DNA of 64,000 nucleotides from Amoebidium appalachense. Taxonomy: Eukaryota; Protista; Ichthyosporea. Under the pieces are notes generated by a model. That model searched no databases. It was not told the origin of the DNA and saw nothing but the letters and a program-made list of their open reading frames with translations. The stretch is taken from NCBI GenBank assembly GCA_963693365.1, contig CAVNZM010000001.1:3984907-4048906 (forward strand), given 5' to 3'. The translations under genes and the position numbers were made by a program. Numbering within the stretch: position 1 is the first letter of the stretch; each line of letters begins with the position of its first letter. Below, piece after piece: positions 22,072 through 64,000 of this stretch.

Positions 22072-22363
22072 GACACGCCACAAGCAGTTGGCACTGCGGG
22101 CCAGCACAGAACAAAGAGGCACACCGTGTGTACACCGTAGGACCGTAATGTATTGTCCCAAACACTCCACCGGGTGAGTGAGGGAATCTGAGCGAATTCG
22201 TGTAGTGGGGGGGGGGCCGGCCCCGGCCGCCACTGCAGAACATGACTCGTGCGATATACAAAGTGGGAAGGGGGGAAGGGGGGGTGTCGGTGCCCCCCAC
22301 AGCCCACACGCCAAGCCCAATACGAAGGCAAAGGAACAGGGGAGGGGGCTCGGCCCAGCCCCA

Positions 22364-24247
22364 TCACGAGAGAGGGGCAGCAAACCACCCCGCTAGCCAC
22401 TCAGGCACGGGTGTTGGGACTGGTGCGTGCCACGGGTGCAGCCGGTCGAAAGTGGCCCACTGTGCTCGCGAGATGGCATCCGCAATCGAGTTTTCCACGC
22501 CAGGGATGTGCTTGGCCGAGACCAGCACCGTGTAGCGCATTTCCATCAGCGTGATGAGACGCAGCACCCGGGCAATGGCAGGGACGGGGGAGTGACGGGA
22601 CGCGATCGTAGATACTGCACCGTCGTTATCGGTGAGCACGCGTATGTGGCTGTTGCGACAGCTGGGACCCCAACAGGCCAGGGCCACGGCACTGCCAGCC
22701 AGCTCAAACAGCACGGAAGCCCACACATCTCCGCCAGCAATGACCGTGCGCCAATGGTCCGTCCATGCTAGGTGAAACCACGCTTGACCCCAGTAGCCAC
22801 CGCATCCTATGCTGCCGGCCGCATCTGTGGTGAACATGTGATGCACGGGGGGGGGGGTAAGCACACGTATGCCGTTCCACTCGGGGAGGAACTCCGACCA
22901 CAGCACAACGTCGGCTCGTGCGTCGGCGCAGACACGGATGTGGTGGTGGGGCCCTAGGCCGGCCCTCTCAGCCTCCGCCAGCAGATGAAGCAAGCGTTGA
23001 AGAAAGGCACGGGCACGCCCCAGCGCCACAACCTGAGCACACCACATGAGCTTGCCGCACAGGGACCGTAGGTCTCGAACAGTGGCCTTGGTGCGACCCC
23101 GCCAATCGGCTAGCAGGGCCCGGAGCTCGGTCAGCTTGACGGCAGGTAAGCGGGCCTCCATGCGCAGAGTGTCCCACTCGAGCCCAGAGTAGATGAGCGT
23201 GTGTGAGGGCAGCTGCACTTTGTCGTCGGCAAGCGTAACACCCACCTTCGAGCACACCCACCGAAACACCAGCATGTTGAAGGCGCACTCTTGCAGCGTA
23301 CGGCCGCCGAAAAAGAAGTCGTCCACAAAATGCTGTGTCTCTGTGGCGTTGAGGGCGTGGGCGAAGTGCTGCAGGGCCTGAGCTATGCGTTCCCAGAACG
23401 CTGGGCTGGACCGCAAGCCAAACGGTAGGCGGGTCTCCACATAGAACGCGCCTAGCAGCTGGAACGACAGCAGTGGCTGGTCGTCTGGGTGCACCGGGCC
23501 GTGACGAAAGGCACCCTTCACGTCGTATGCCCCGAGGAAGCAGCCCTGGCCGAGCCGAGCTACTGTTTGCATCACCGTGCGGATGGTGATGTACTCCAGC
23601 TGATCCGGGTAATCGACCCCATCGTTGATACTGGAGCCACGCGGGAAGGAAAGGTCGTGGATGCGGCGGACGCCCGTGCCGCCCTTTTTGGGAACTGCCC
23701 CGAGGGGCGAGGATACAAAATAAGGATAAAGGGCCACCATCTCGTCGCGGGTGAAGGGGCCCAGGATGTGGCCGCATGCCACTTCCTTCGCAATGTCGGC
23801 TGCAAGCTGCTCACGGGCCGCCAGCGCGGACGGGTGGTTTCGGCCCACCCGGGTGACCCGCTCGCCGAAGTAACCGACCGAGAAGCCCAGCTCTAAGTCG
23901 CGGAGCAGAGCCTGCTGAAACGCACTGTCGGGGTGCGGAAACAACTCAAACAAACGGCGGAAGTTGGGGACAGATACTGTCTGTGGTGGTGCCGCTGGGG
24001 GGGGTGACCATGGGCCCCGCAGGGCAACGGAGAGGGCAGGCCCAGCGCTGACGTCAGCCCCTGCCCGAAAGGGGGCTGGGCCCCCTAAGCCGGGTTGGCC
24101 CCCCCTTCCCCCGCCCCGTTGGCTGGGTTGGGAGGGCAGGCGTGTGCGCCGTGCGCCGCTGAGCCGCACTTCAGGCAGGCGTGCTTGTAGCGGCAAGGGT
24201 TGGGTCCCTTCCTGGTGCAGCCCTTGGCCGTGTTGAAGCCCCGGCAT
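22364..24247 (-). CDS. Reverse transcriptase-RNase H (DIRS/Ngaro pol)
   Basis: SPLGAVPKK, RRIHDLSFP, YDVKGAFRH, LPFGLRSSP, HFVDDFF; RNase H FTTDAAG, LFEL, LTDN, ENSIADAISR. Uninterrupted 627-codon frame overlapping the gag 3' end. Confidence 0.95.
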   Translation of the reverse strand: MPGLQHGQGLHQEGTQPLPLQARLPEVRLSGARRTRLPSQPSQRGGGRGGQPGLGGPAPFRAGADVSAGPALSVALRGPWSPPPAAPPQTVSVPNFRRLFELFPHPDSAFQQALLRDLELGFSVGYFGERVTRVGRNHPSALAAREQLAADIAKEVACGHILGPFTRDEMVALYPYFVSSPLGAVPKKGGTGVRRIHDLSFPRGSSINDGVDYPDQLEYITIRTVMQTVARLGQGCFLGAYDVKGAFRHGPVHPDDQPLLSFQLLGAFYVETRLPFGLRSSPAFWERIAQALQHFAHALNATETQHFVDDFFFGGRTLQECAFNMLVFRWVCSKVGVTLADDKVQLPSHTLIYSGLEWDTLRMEARLPAVKLTELRALLADWRGRTKATVRDLRSLCGKLMWCAQVVALGRARAFLQRLLHLLAEAERAGLGPHHHIRVCADARADVVLWSEFLPEWNGIRVLTPPPVHHMFTTDAAGSIGCGGYWGQAWFHLAWTDHWRTVIAGGDVWASVLFELAGSAVALACWGPSCRNSHIRVLTDNDGAVSTIASRHSPVPAIARVLRLITLMEMRYTVLVSAKHIPGVENSIADAISRAQWATFDRLHPWHAPVPTPVPEWLAGWFAAPLS

Positions 24248-25145
24248 ATCTCATCCGCAGCAGGGGCCGGGCTGGTGCGAGGGCTGGCTGTGGCCCCCCC
24301 AGAGGCAGGCTGCCGGGGTGTGCGGGGAGCGGTGGGTGCCTGGTGCAGGCGGGCACCAGACAGGGACACGGCCAGCTGCACAGCGTCGGGTGCGTCGAGT
24401 GGGCGGCCAGAGGCAGCGCACGACCGGCGGTGTGCATCCTCCCAGCGCATGATGGCAGCCCACTGGTACTCGGGTGCCAACTCAGTGGCCACAAACTCGG
24501 CGTGGGCCAGCAGGGCCGTGACGGGGGCGTCGGCGTTGATGCGTAGGCGTAGCAGCTGCAAGATGCAGCGCAGGTAGGTCTGCAGGTCCGGGCACAGGGC
24601 GGGCTGGCGCTGGGTGCCAGGCGTCTGCAGCACAACCGTGCCAGCAGGCAGGCCAGGCAGGGAAACCGGCTGGCGCTGCGTGTGGACAGAAGAGCCCGTG
24701 GGCGGCAGCAGGTCGAGCAAAGCGAAATGCTGCATAGGCTCGAAGATGGCAGCCCCCCGGACCTCCGGGGACAGGTGGGGGCAGGGTGGGTTCGACTGGC
24801 TGCGCTGGCTGGCCCCCCAAACGGCCAGTTGCAGGGCATTGGGCGGCGGAGGCAGCTGGTGCATGTCGCCGCCCTGAGGGTCCTCCTCACGGGGGCGCTT
24901 GTTGGCGTTGCCGGGGGGTTGCTCTACAGCATCCACGGCCCCCGCCGCAGCGGCAGGGGGCCCCGTGACAGGGGGGTTCCTACCGGTTCCGCCCCCGCCA
25001 AGGTTGACGAGGTGGGGGAAGGCGCGCAGGAGAAGATCTTGCTGGGAAGGGGGGGCCGGGCTGGCCTGCAGGGCCTGACGGGTCGCGTTGGCCACCTCAG
25101 AAGCAAACATGCGAATGGTCGCTGCCAGCTCAGGGGTCAGGGCAA

Positions 25146-25196
<51 letters not shown>

Positions 25197-25269
25197 CGTC
25201 CTGCACAGGAGGGCGCGCCTCCTGCCCTGCCTGTGCTGCAGGGCCATTGTCTGTTGGGTCTACTTCCAT
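24085..25269 (-). CDS. Gag-like protein with C-terminal CCCH/CCHC zinc-finger cluster
   Basis: ATG at 25269 (MEVDP). C-terminal ICRGFNTAKGCTRKGPNPCRYKHACLKCGSAAHGAHAC and YQWAAIMRWEDAHRR are typical of YR-retrotransposon ORF1. Confidence 0.85.
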
Positions 25270-25971
25270 ACTTGAGCCGCCGTGTGCTAGCCACCGAAAA
25301 CGCAATCGTGCTAACAAAAACCGTACGTGCAGCACACGGCGAAAACGAAGGTGGCCTGCATCTGCAGTGTGCTGCGCCGGAAATACCGGCGCTGGTGGCG
25401 CCTGACGTCAGGCGCTGCGCCAGACCGATGTCAGCCGCCGCTGCGGCTGCGCCTGGCGCCGCGGCCCGTGACGTCATGGGCCGCCCGGCTGCCTGCGCCC
25501 GAAGTGATCCGTGAAACATCTTTCATCTGCTGCGCATATGAAACGTACAGTTACTTCGGCCCAGGGCCCGGGCGAAATTTTTTAAGTGAACCGGCGAAAA
25601 TTGAAAGATAAAAAAAAACTAGAAGCTTCCACACTGCATCGCTACCGATTGCTCGTTGCCACTGTAGGAAGTGTGTAAAAGACCTGCATCCTTGCTCCTT
25701 GCAACATTGGCTATTTCCCTGTTCCGTGCACATGTACAGGGTGCATTTTTTGGACCTCGGCACGCAAAGGGTGTGTCTGCTACGTTTGTGCATAGTGTAG
25801 TCCTTTGAATTGACGGTAAACAGCTTACCGTACTGTAACTAAATATTGTGTCACATGAGGCTTACAATAGTGCCACACACCGTCACTGTCAGTCACTCAC
25901 TTGAGCCTGTGTGGTGAATTGTGGTGACACGCGCGGGCGAGCAGACTGTGTCGCGCCATTTGCCATTTCAG

Positions 25972-26036
25972 CCAATCATAGAGTTTGTTTTCGAACCATA
26001 TAAAGAAGGAGGCCTGGTGACGTCAACGCATGCGCA
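25972..26036 (+). promoter_or_regulatory. Candidate G3BP core promoter (CCAAT, TATAAA, CRE)
   Basis: CCAAT 25972-25976, TATAAA 25999-26004 and TGACGTCA 26018-26025, followed by a perfect AG|GTGAGT donor at 26192/26193 (putative non-coding first exon). Confidence 0.5.
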
Positions 26037-26882
26037 ACACGAGGGGCCGCAACAGCGGTGTTTTTTTTCGCTCGCCTTCAGAAGCAGTTTGGTTCTGTAG
26101 AGTTCAGTAGCTGCATGTCAAGATCTGGCGGCATTTAACAGGCGGGGGGAAAGAGAAAGTTGCATACACGAAGGCATCTTTTGTAGCTATAGGTGAGTAC
26201 GCACTTATCATTGCTCACAGCTGATGGCGAAGATCTTGGTTGTCGACGCTTACAAGTCCCCCCCCCCCCCCCCCCCCCTCCCCTCTCCCCTCCCTCTCCC
26301 CCTCCCCCCCCCCCCCCCCCCCTCCTCCTCCCCCCCCTCTCCCTCTTCCAACCCCCCCTCCCCTCCCCCCGCGCACACTCACATACACACGCATACGCAC
26401 GCACGAACGCACACAAGCACGCACACACACACAGACCTCTCAAGACCATACCAAGCACATGGAGGTATGGTTGGACGCACACCCATAGATACCCTCGCGT
26501 AAGCACACACACACACATAGAGGGAGAGAGAGAGCTTGGGCTATCCGCGCTTGGGGGCGCAGCCACTCAACGAAATAAACACTTGCGCAAATACACACAC
26601 GCGTCACCGTCATGCCTACTTCTACAAGCGTCCTCTCACGGCGTACTTGCGCCTATACTTTGCATTCCGCACACAAGCTCTTGGCGTGTACTCCACAACG
26701 ACACGCATACCTTGACCTTTTCTCTACATGCCGACGTCCGCCCTCCCCCGCTCTTCCCTCTATCGATCCAAGCACCATGGCGCCTCTTATAACCACACAA
26801 CACACAACCACCCCCCCACCCACTCCTCCTCCCTCCCCCCCTCCCCCCCCCCCCCCCCACACAGGCATTATCTCTCTCTCTC

Positions 26883-26942
<60 letters not shown>

Positions 26943-27348
26943 CACACACGTACGCACACACTTGCACACCCGCACGCACACACGTACACCCATCCACCCA
27001 CCCACCCACACACACGTGCGTGCGTGCGCGCGCACACACACCACAAGCACACACGTACACACACACGGCCACACACATACACACACCCACACCTACCCAC
27101 CTACACCTACACACACACACACACCTCCCCCCCCCCCCCCCAAAAAAAAAAAAAAAAAAAAAAACCCCCTTTCTCACAGTGGATATTTTTCATGTGTGCT
27201 TTGCACTCTGCATCGTGTTGTCCGTTATGATTGTATACTCAGTGCTCTGTAGAACACTCTACTCCCCCCCCCCCCCCTCCTCTCCCCCTCACCTGCACCT
27301 ACACGACACTCACACACCACCCCTTTTTGTGACACAGAAAACGTCACC

Positions 27349-36013
<8,665 letters not shown>

Positions 36014-36497
36014 TTGCCTTATATGGAAATAGGATAGTGTGTTAGTGTTGGTTATGGGCAGGGGATGTATGTTTAGTCGGCCAAAATGGGTATAGATAGT
36101 GTCGTACGTATACGGGGGGATCATTGCACTTTGGCCGCTCCGGGAATTTGGTTGCTGAACGAATGTGTTACTAGCTATGCTTCTTGCGATCGTGTCTTTT
36201 CTTTCATTATTGTTGTTTGCTTCTTTCTTGGGCGATATTTTGTGCTGCAGCGGGCTGTTGCTATATTCGTATTCTCTGCAAAAGTGATGAATAAAAAGAG
36301 TGATCGCACACACGCGTGTACGTAGTGTACACATGCATTATATTTTTGGGACAGGCACGTGCATGCTCCTGCACGCCATGGCTTCCTCCACGTTTCTTTT
36401 CATGTGAGCACGCGTACATATGCATATACACCCCAGCCGCTGACACATTTGCACACATACAGGTGGCTAGGTTCACATGCATACACAGTCACGGCCA

Positions 36498-36537
<40 letters not shown>

Positions 36538-37199
36538 CCGCGCACACAGACATGCATATGCGCGTGCATACACCCGTACGCACATCAAGTTGATGGTCAA
36601 GTATTTAATGAATCTCAGGGCTAAGAATGGATGGTACATGGCTATAGCTACACCTTGTTCCTTTTTTTATAATGACTTTATCGAGTTGCTCAGCAAAAGG
36701 GAAGCATTCGAGATATCAGAGATATATATGAGAAGAAATGCAAAAAAGCCTTACTCTCGGATAGGAGGAGATAATGACTGAGATAATTATATACCCGAGA
36801 AAAATCATTAAGCAAACGGTGATTTTACAAATAATCAATAGAAGTATTATCAGGATTATCTAAATAAGCTAATCTTCTAAGTTCGAACGGAATAATCTGA
36901 GAAATACGATTTAGGTATAGGCCGATCTGTGGAATGCGGCTCCGGAGCCATACGTGCGCCTGCGCAGCGGCGCCATGGCCATGGTTTTCCGTGCGAAACT
37001 TGTACAAGAACTGAAGCGACACTATCTAACCTACTTTAAACTAGTATAAGCGCACTTTTAGAGTAGTGAGTAATTGTATATGACACAAATAACAACAGTT
37101 TAAAAATATAAGCTAAACAATCAAAAGCCCCGCACGCACATGCCTGCTCATCAGTAGAGCTGCAGTCTACCTCCGGAGTCTAGATCTGTGGACGTGGTG

Positions 37200-37400
37200 A
37201 TATGGTGTGTGGTTCACGGAGTTGCTGCCACCCACTATGGTTAGAAGACGCCGTGACGTGGCCCAGTAGAGTGAAAAAAGAACCTATAAGAGCCAAAGGT
37301 TATGCAGAGACCACTTCAACCCGGTCACTGCAATTTTTTTTGTGTCATCGACAACAAGCCACTACACCTCAAACCTGCTACCGGAGCTTGTCCCACTGTA
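37200..37400 (+). pseudogene. Possible degenerate THAP-domain relic (DNA transposon remnant)
   Basis: SQRLCRDHF (R at 37297) followed, after a frameshift, by LLP-GACPT, resembling the THAP C-x2-H-F and AVPT boxes. Stops and frameshifts are present. Confidence 0.35.
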
Positions 37401-37778
37401 CGCCCGTTTAAGAAGGTGCAAACAGTGGGGTTTTGGTGCTACCACTCAGAAGAAGCCAAATAAACATGACTTGGTTGTTCAGGCATAGGCTCAAGTTTGT
37501 CCCACCCCCATTATGCTCAACTTATACACTGCCCATGACCACCCACCTGCACGCCCCTGACTGCATGGGAAGGCCCGCCCGTACTAGTCCCCCTCTACAC
37601 AACTAACTAAGGCAAGAACACCGGGCCGTAAGAAACACACACACACATACAAACAAAAATACACACAAACACACACACACACACACGCACACACGCACAC
37701 ACGCACACACGCACACACGCACACACACATGTCGTACACACACACACACACACAGACACACACACACGCAGAGAGAGA

Positions 37779-37816
<38 letters not shown>

Positions 37817-37823
37817 GAGAGGG

Positions 37824-37882
<59 letters not shown>

Positions 37883-37893
37883 ACTGTCACAGG

Positions 37894-37937
<44 letters not shown>

Positions 37938-37939
37938 GT

Positions 37940-37986
<47 letters not shown>

Positions 37987-38116
37987 AAGTAACTACATGT
38001 AAACAAGGCAGCTTGACCTCGCTCACTTCAACACTTCTTACACAGATCTGTTACCTTCTCCATATCGACCCCACCTTCCCCAGCCGCCCCACCCAAACCC
38101 CACTTTTGCCCGCCAG

Positions 38117-38148
<32 letters not shown>

Positions 38149-38438
38149 TTCCGAAGTTCCTTATGCCTTCCTTCCTCCCCCTTCCTCCCTCTCCCACCAC
38201 CACCACCACCACCACCACCACCTCCCTCCCTAGGCACCTACAAGAGAGGCGGGGCAACAAGGTGCCCCTGGCGAGGGAGGGAAAGAAGGGTGGAGGGGGG
38301 GGGGGGGGAGAAGGGTCCTGGGAGGGAAGGGGAGGAAGAGGACCGTGAGAGCATAACAACGTACACCTTCACTGACGTCGACATACACTCACACCTGAAC
38401 GCGTGTGCGTGCGCGCGCGCGCACACACACACACACGC

Positions 38439-38495
<57 letters not shown>

Positions 38496-38601
38496 AACAC
38501 ACACATACAGACAAACACGTGACACAAACTCTAACAAACACCCATCCACGGGATTAAAACACACACAAACACACACTCACACACACACACAAACACACAC
38601 G

Positions 38602-38632
<31 letters not shown>

Positions 38633-38697
38633 ACAGACACACACACACAGACAAACACACGACACATACTCTAACAAACACGCACCCACCGGATTGC

Positions 38698-38753
<56 letters not shown>

Positions 38754-38987
38754 CACACACACACACACACACACACAACACACATACACACACACACACA
38801 CACGCTTGACACACATATACACACACACAAAGAATACACACACAGACGTGTGCATACACACACGTGCATGCAAGGGCACACACTCACACACACACAAGCA
38901 TATACAGACGCCTAAGTGTACGTGCACAAATACACACGCAAAAGTGACACAATCACTCACACTCACACAAACACACACACACACTGC

Positions 38988-39168
<181 letters not shown>

Positions 39169-40944
39169 CACACAGTACACACACATGCGCAATACACATA
39201 CACACTTACCCTGTATAACAAACGACAGACTGGCACAGTATATTAACCGGCCTCTTTTGGTGCAGTGGCGGTTTGCAAACACGCACGGTCCGGGTTATTA
39301 CTGGCCCAAGACAACGTAACGTTAGATATAATTAGCAGCTTCTGCACAGAACTTGTGTAGGGAGAGAGCAGACGGGTAGATGTACAAAGACTTAGAATAG
39401 AAAGAGAGCTGCCGGGTTTGCATTTCTTTTATCCGTAAGCAAGAAAAAGAAAAACAATACAGTTAAGTAACAAGCATCTAATTCGACTTGTTTCATGTTA
39501 GTGGCAGTACATAGTGGGCTCGTATCGATACTTGTAGTGCTACCACTGCACACTGCACTGTGCAACAGAACACTTTGCACTCAAGTGACCTTTGGATGCA
39601 AGGGATACTTGACGAGACGATATATGCAACAAATAATTTATTATGAAAAGAACAACAGGGTGTCTGTCAGAGTCTGCTGGTTGCGTTGGACGGAGTGGAA
39701 AACATTCATGATGTGTTTTCGACCGAACGCCTTCCCGTTGTCTGTATGTGTATGCCTGACAAGGCATTCCACAAAAAGGTGGACTGAATGATCACGTTGT
39801 ACGTGTGTATAATGTTCACACGCCATGCCTACTCTACCCCTAGAGAGTGTATTTGGCAGAAACGCACCATGCAGGCAGTAAATGTTCAACACCCGTAGTA
39901 CTTGTGCATATGTTTAACTACGGTGCATGTGTGATGCCCTCATGATCACGAATGGCAAAGAAAAACGCCCAACGCAACAAGCCTGCAAACCCCGAAATAA
40001 TTAAGACGATAAAAATTATCATTTAAAATGAAAAGCATCTGTGTAGCATTTTGAGGAAAAAGCAAATATTGTTACGTAAAGGGTTTTGTTTAGGCCCGAA
40101 GTAGCTTCTACGTCGGGCAGCTGGAGCCGCTGCCAGGCAGCCCAACAAACGACGGCCCTATGGCGGCCAACCTCGGGTGTTGGAGCGAAGCAAAAAATTG
40201 ATCGATGTTTGAATAGAAGATCCAAAGTGGTCCGACTTGGAAGTTCGTGATATCCACTGATTACGTAGGCCATACGTAATTATAAACCGGTAGGACAAAC
40301 TTGGTCGCATATGAACGTATTACCATGCGCAGCACTATGTACTTTGCAAATTATAAGCGACCCCCAACAAGTCAAAGAGAAGAAGGGGGGGAAACCCAAC
40401 AGCAGCCCGGCCAACAACCCCTACAGTCTCAGAGCCTGAATCATTGGCAAAATCAAGAGAAAATTTTGGCAAAGGTATTAGTACTAAGCTTGCTGTTTTG
40501 TTGGATAGATTTACACGCCAAGGGAAAGAGACCTATCAATTGGCTTAGCCGGCACCGCCTGGGATGATCTGATTGGTGCTAAAGAAAGCGCGCCAAATAT
40601 GGCAGGTAAGTTGTAACATGTTTTGAACCCGGATGGCAGTTGTGGCCGCACATGTATATAAAAAACAAAGTTGCCGTGTGCGCACAGTATTTCCAAGAAA
40701 AAAACGTGTGTGCAACTGGCTTATGTTACACAGTAGATCTCACGGTGTAGTTTCCTTTTAGTTAGAGAATCGCCTCCTTAGCGATTAGCGCTTACTTTTT
40801 TTTTCGGAAGCCAAGCTCAAGTTCTTGCAAAACCCACCGTACATGCGTGGGGAGATCCAGACAAGGGCTACATTCTGTTTTAATAACCTACAGTGGTGTT
40901 TATGACAATAATCTACAGAAAGAAGAGCACGTAGCATTGTTTCA

Positions 40945-63613
<22,669 letters not shown>

Positions 63614-63650
63614 GTGAATGCTGCATGTCCCCTCCTTCTTCCTTTCCTCC

Positions 63651-63684
<34 letters not shown>

Positions 63685-63917
63685 CACACCCTGTAGTCAG
63701 ACATACCATGAAGACTTTTCTGTGGTTTGGATATTTCAAACACCATTTCGACGTCAGAGGGCAGGTGTCTGTGTGTGTATGCGTGTGTGTATATTGGGGG
63801 TGGTGTGGGGGGGGGAGGGGGGGGGGGAGGGGGGGGGGGGGGGGGAGGAGGAAGGGGAGAGAGGGGGGGAGAGCGGGGGTGGAGGGGGAAGGAGGAAGGG
63901 AGGCAAACACGAGGACG

Positions 63918-63986
<69 letters not shown>

Positions 63987-64000
63987 TGTGTCTGTGTCTG

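Larger units (their letters stand above)
20485..25557 (-). mobile_element. Ngaro/DIRS-type tyrosine-recombinase retrotransposon (boundaries approximate, 3' end degenerate)
   Basis: GC-rich block with gag (Cys/His finger), an overlapping RT-RNase H ORF, and a tyrosine recombinase in the same orientation. No integrase or protease. Terminal hairpin CACGA-AAA-CTCT...AGAG-CC-TCGTG-TAAGC at the 3' end. Confidence 0.9.

Noticed and set aside
21000-25519. Long antisense or alternate-frame ORFs over the retrotransposon and over G3BP exon 2 (e.g. 29257-30225)
   Set aside because: Expected shadows of GC-rich coding sequence; no recognisable motifs.
39240-40900. Microsatellite-free stretch with short ORFs upstream of the RasGAP gene
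   Set aside because: No recognisable protein or RNA motif; probably promoter/5' UTR (ATTGG near 40572, TATATAAA near 40655) or decayed transposon.

Overview
Eukaryotic genomic DNA, intron-rich and saturated with (CA/TG)n, (CT/AG)n and long poly(C)/poly(G) tracts. The organism is probably a unicellular eukaryote such as a holozoan protist; that assignment is only an inference. Almost all ORF-track entries are microsatellite noise. Manual GT-AG splicing recovers four host genes: TAF4 (+, 5' end outside the window), a divergent PKA/PRKX-like kinase (-), a G3BP/Nxt3-like NTF2-RRM-RGG protein (+), and a >30-exon C2-C2-RasGAP gene fused to a catalytically degenerate class III nucleotide-cyclase domain (+, runs off the window). 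A Ngaro/DIRS-type tyrosine-recombinase retrotransposon lies between the divergent kinase and G3BP genes, and two MITEs (TTAA and TTA target duplications) lie in G3BP introns. The most striking unexplained signals are: (i) a family of about 15 variably 5'-truncated, poly(C)-terminated, structured intronic elements, all in the sense orientation of their host gene and often ending in a branch-point-like CTAAC just before the 3' splice site; (ii) splice sites built directly from microsatellites; (iii) the RasGAP-pseudocyclase fusion; (iv) an apparently spliced recombinase gene in the retrotransposon. All gene models were derived by eye and need RNA-seq confirmation.
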